Shown piece after piece: positions 63,501 to 64,000 of a DNA stretch of 64,000 nt. Numbering within the stretch: position 1 is the stretch's first letter; the number at the start of each line of letters is the position of its first letter. The position numbers and the translations under genes were made by a program. The DNA comes from Paraspadella gotoi. Taxonomy: Eukaryota; Animalia; Chaetognatha. The stretch spans positions 14,993,574 to 15,057,573 of the forward strand of contig CM119263.1 of NCBI GenBank assembly GCA_051294375.1, in the 5' to 3' direction. Below the pieces are notes generated by a model, which saw nothing but the letters and a program-made list of their open reading frames with translations, was not told the origin of the DNA and did no database searches.

Positions 63501-64000
63501 TTGCAGAAAAAAAAGACAACGAAGAAAACACGAAAGGGCGTGGTACAAAGGGTAGAAGAAAAGAGAAGAAAGGATGGAGGAAAGTAATGAAAAGTGAAGG
63601 AAAGTCGGCCCAAAAGAATTTTATGGGCGAGGTTTAAGATGACAATAAATAGACTGGGGAGGATAATTAAGGGTCGAGCTGGCTACATGAGTCGAAACAA
63701 AGCGGGCTGGGGTGATTGAGCCGTGACAGGGAGACGTTAGTTAAACGTAAGAGGGAAAAAGAAATTTTGGAAATTCCCTAAATCAGGGAGAGACGGTTAT
63801 TTTAAAAGAATAGGGAACTGTAGAGATTACATTATTTAGCTCGATTCGTTGAGAGAGAAGCGACGCTCGTGGCGGGAATAAGTGAGCAGCGCAGTTTGGA
63901 TTTAAGGGAAGTTACTTTGTGAATTCTTACATCGAAAGGGGGCTGTGAAGAATTGAAGATAAAAAGGTGATTACTGGAAGAAGTTTCTCACAGGCAACGG

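Overview
Eukaryotic (animal) genomic DNA: AT-rich introns, GT-AG splicing, many (GA/CT)n microsatellites and several N gaps. The main feature is a large minus-strand nephrin (NPHS1/Sns/SYG-2 family) gene, traced by hand through 28 phase-consistent exons from 60024 down to a TAA at 19642. It encodes 8 Ig domains (one lacking Cys), one FN3, a TM helix and a ~600-aa cytoplasmic tail ending ...ERGHLV*; the signal peptide and Ig1 probably lie beyond the window. Downstream on the same strand (about 18057 to <5800) is a much more AT-rich multi-exon gene for a divergent 6-TM cyclic-nucleotide/EAG-superfamily channel with an atypical filter (SLKQVGLGF). Its introns hold Helentron-type (HINE/DINE-1-like) elements, tRNA-derived SINEs and a dispersed ~1.3-kb repeat. 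Region ~40.6-56.5 kb is a fold-back triplication with indel-rich copies, most likely an assembly or long-read artefact. The most interesting signal is dual-frame coding in the nephrin tail: an alternative acceptor would give a short tail with PPPY and a class-I PDZ end (PTLV*). All exon calls are manual and lack transcript support.
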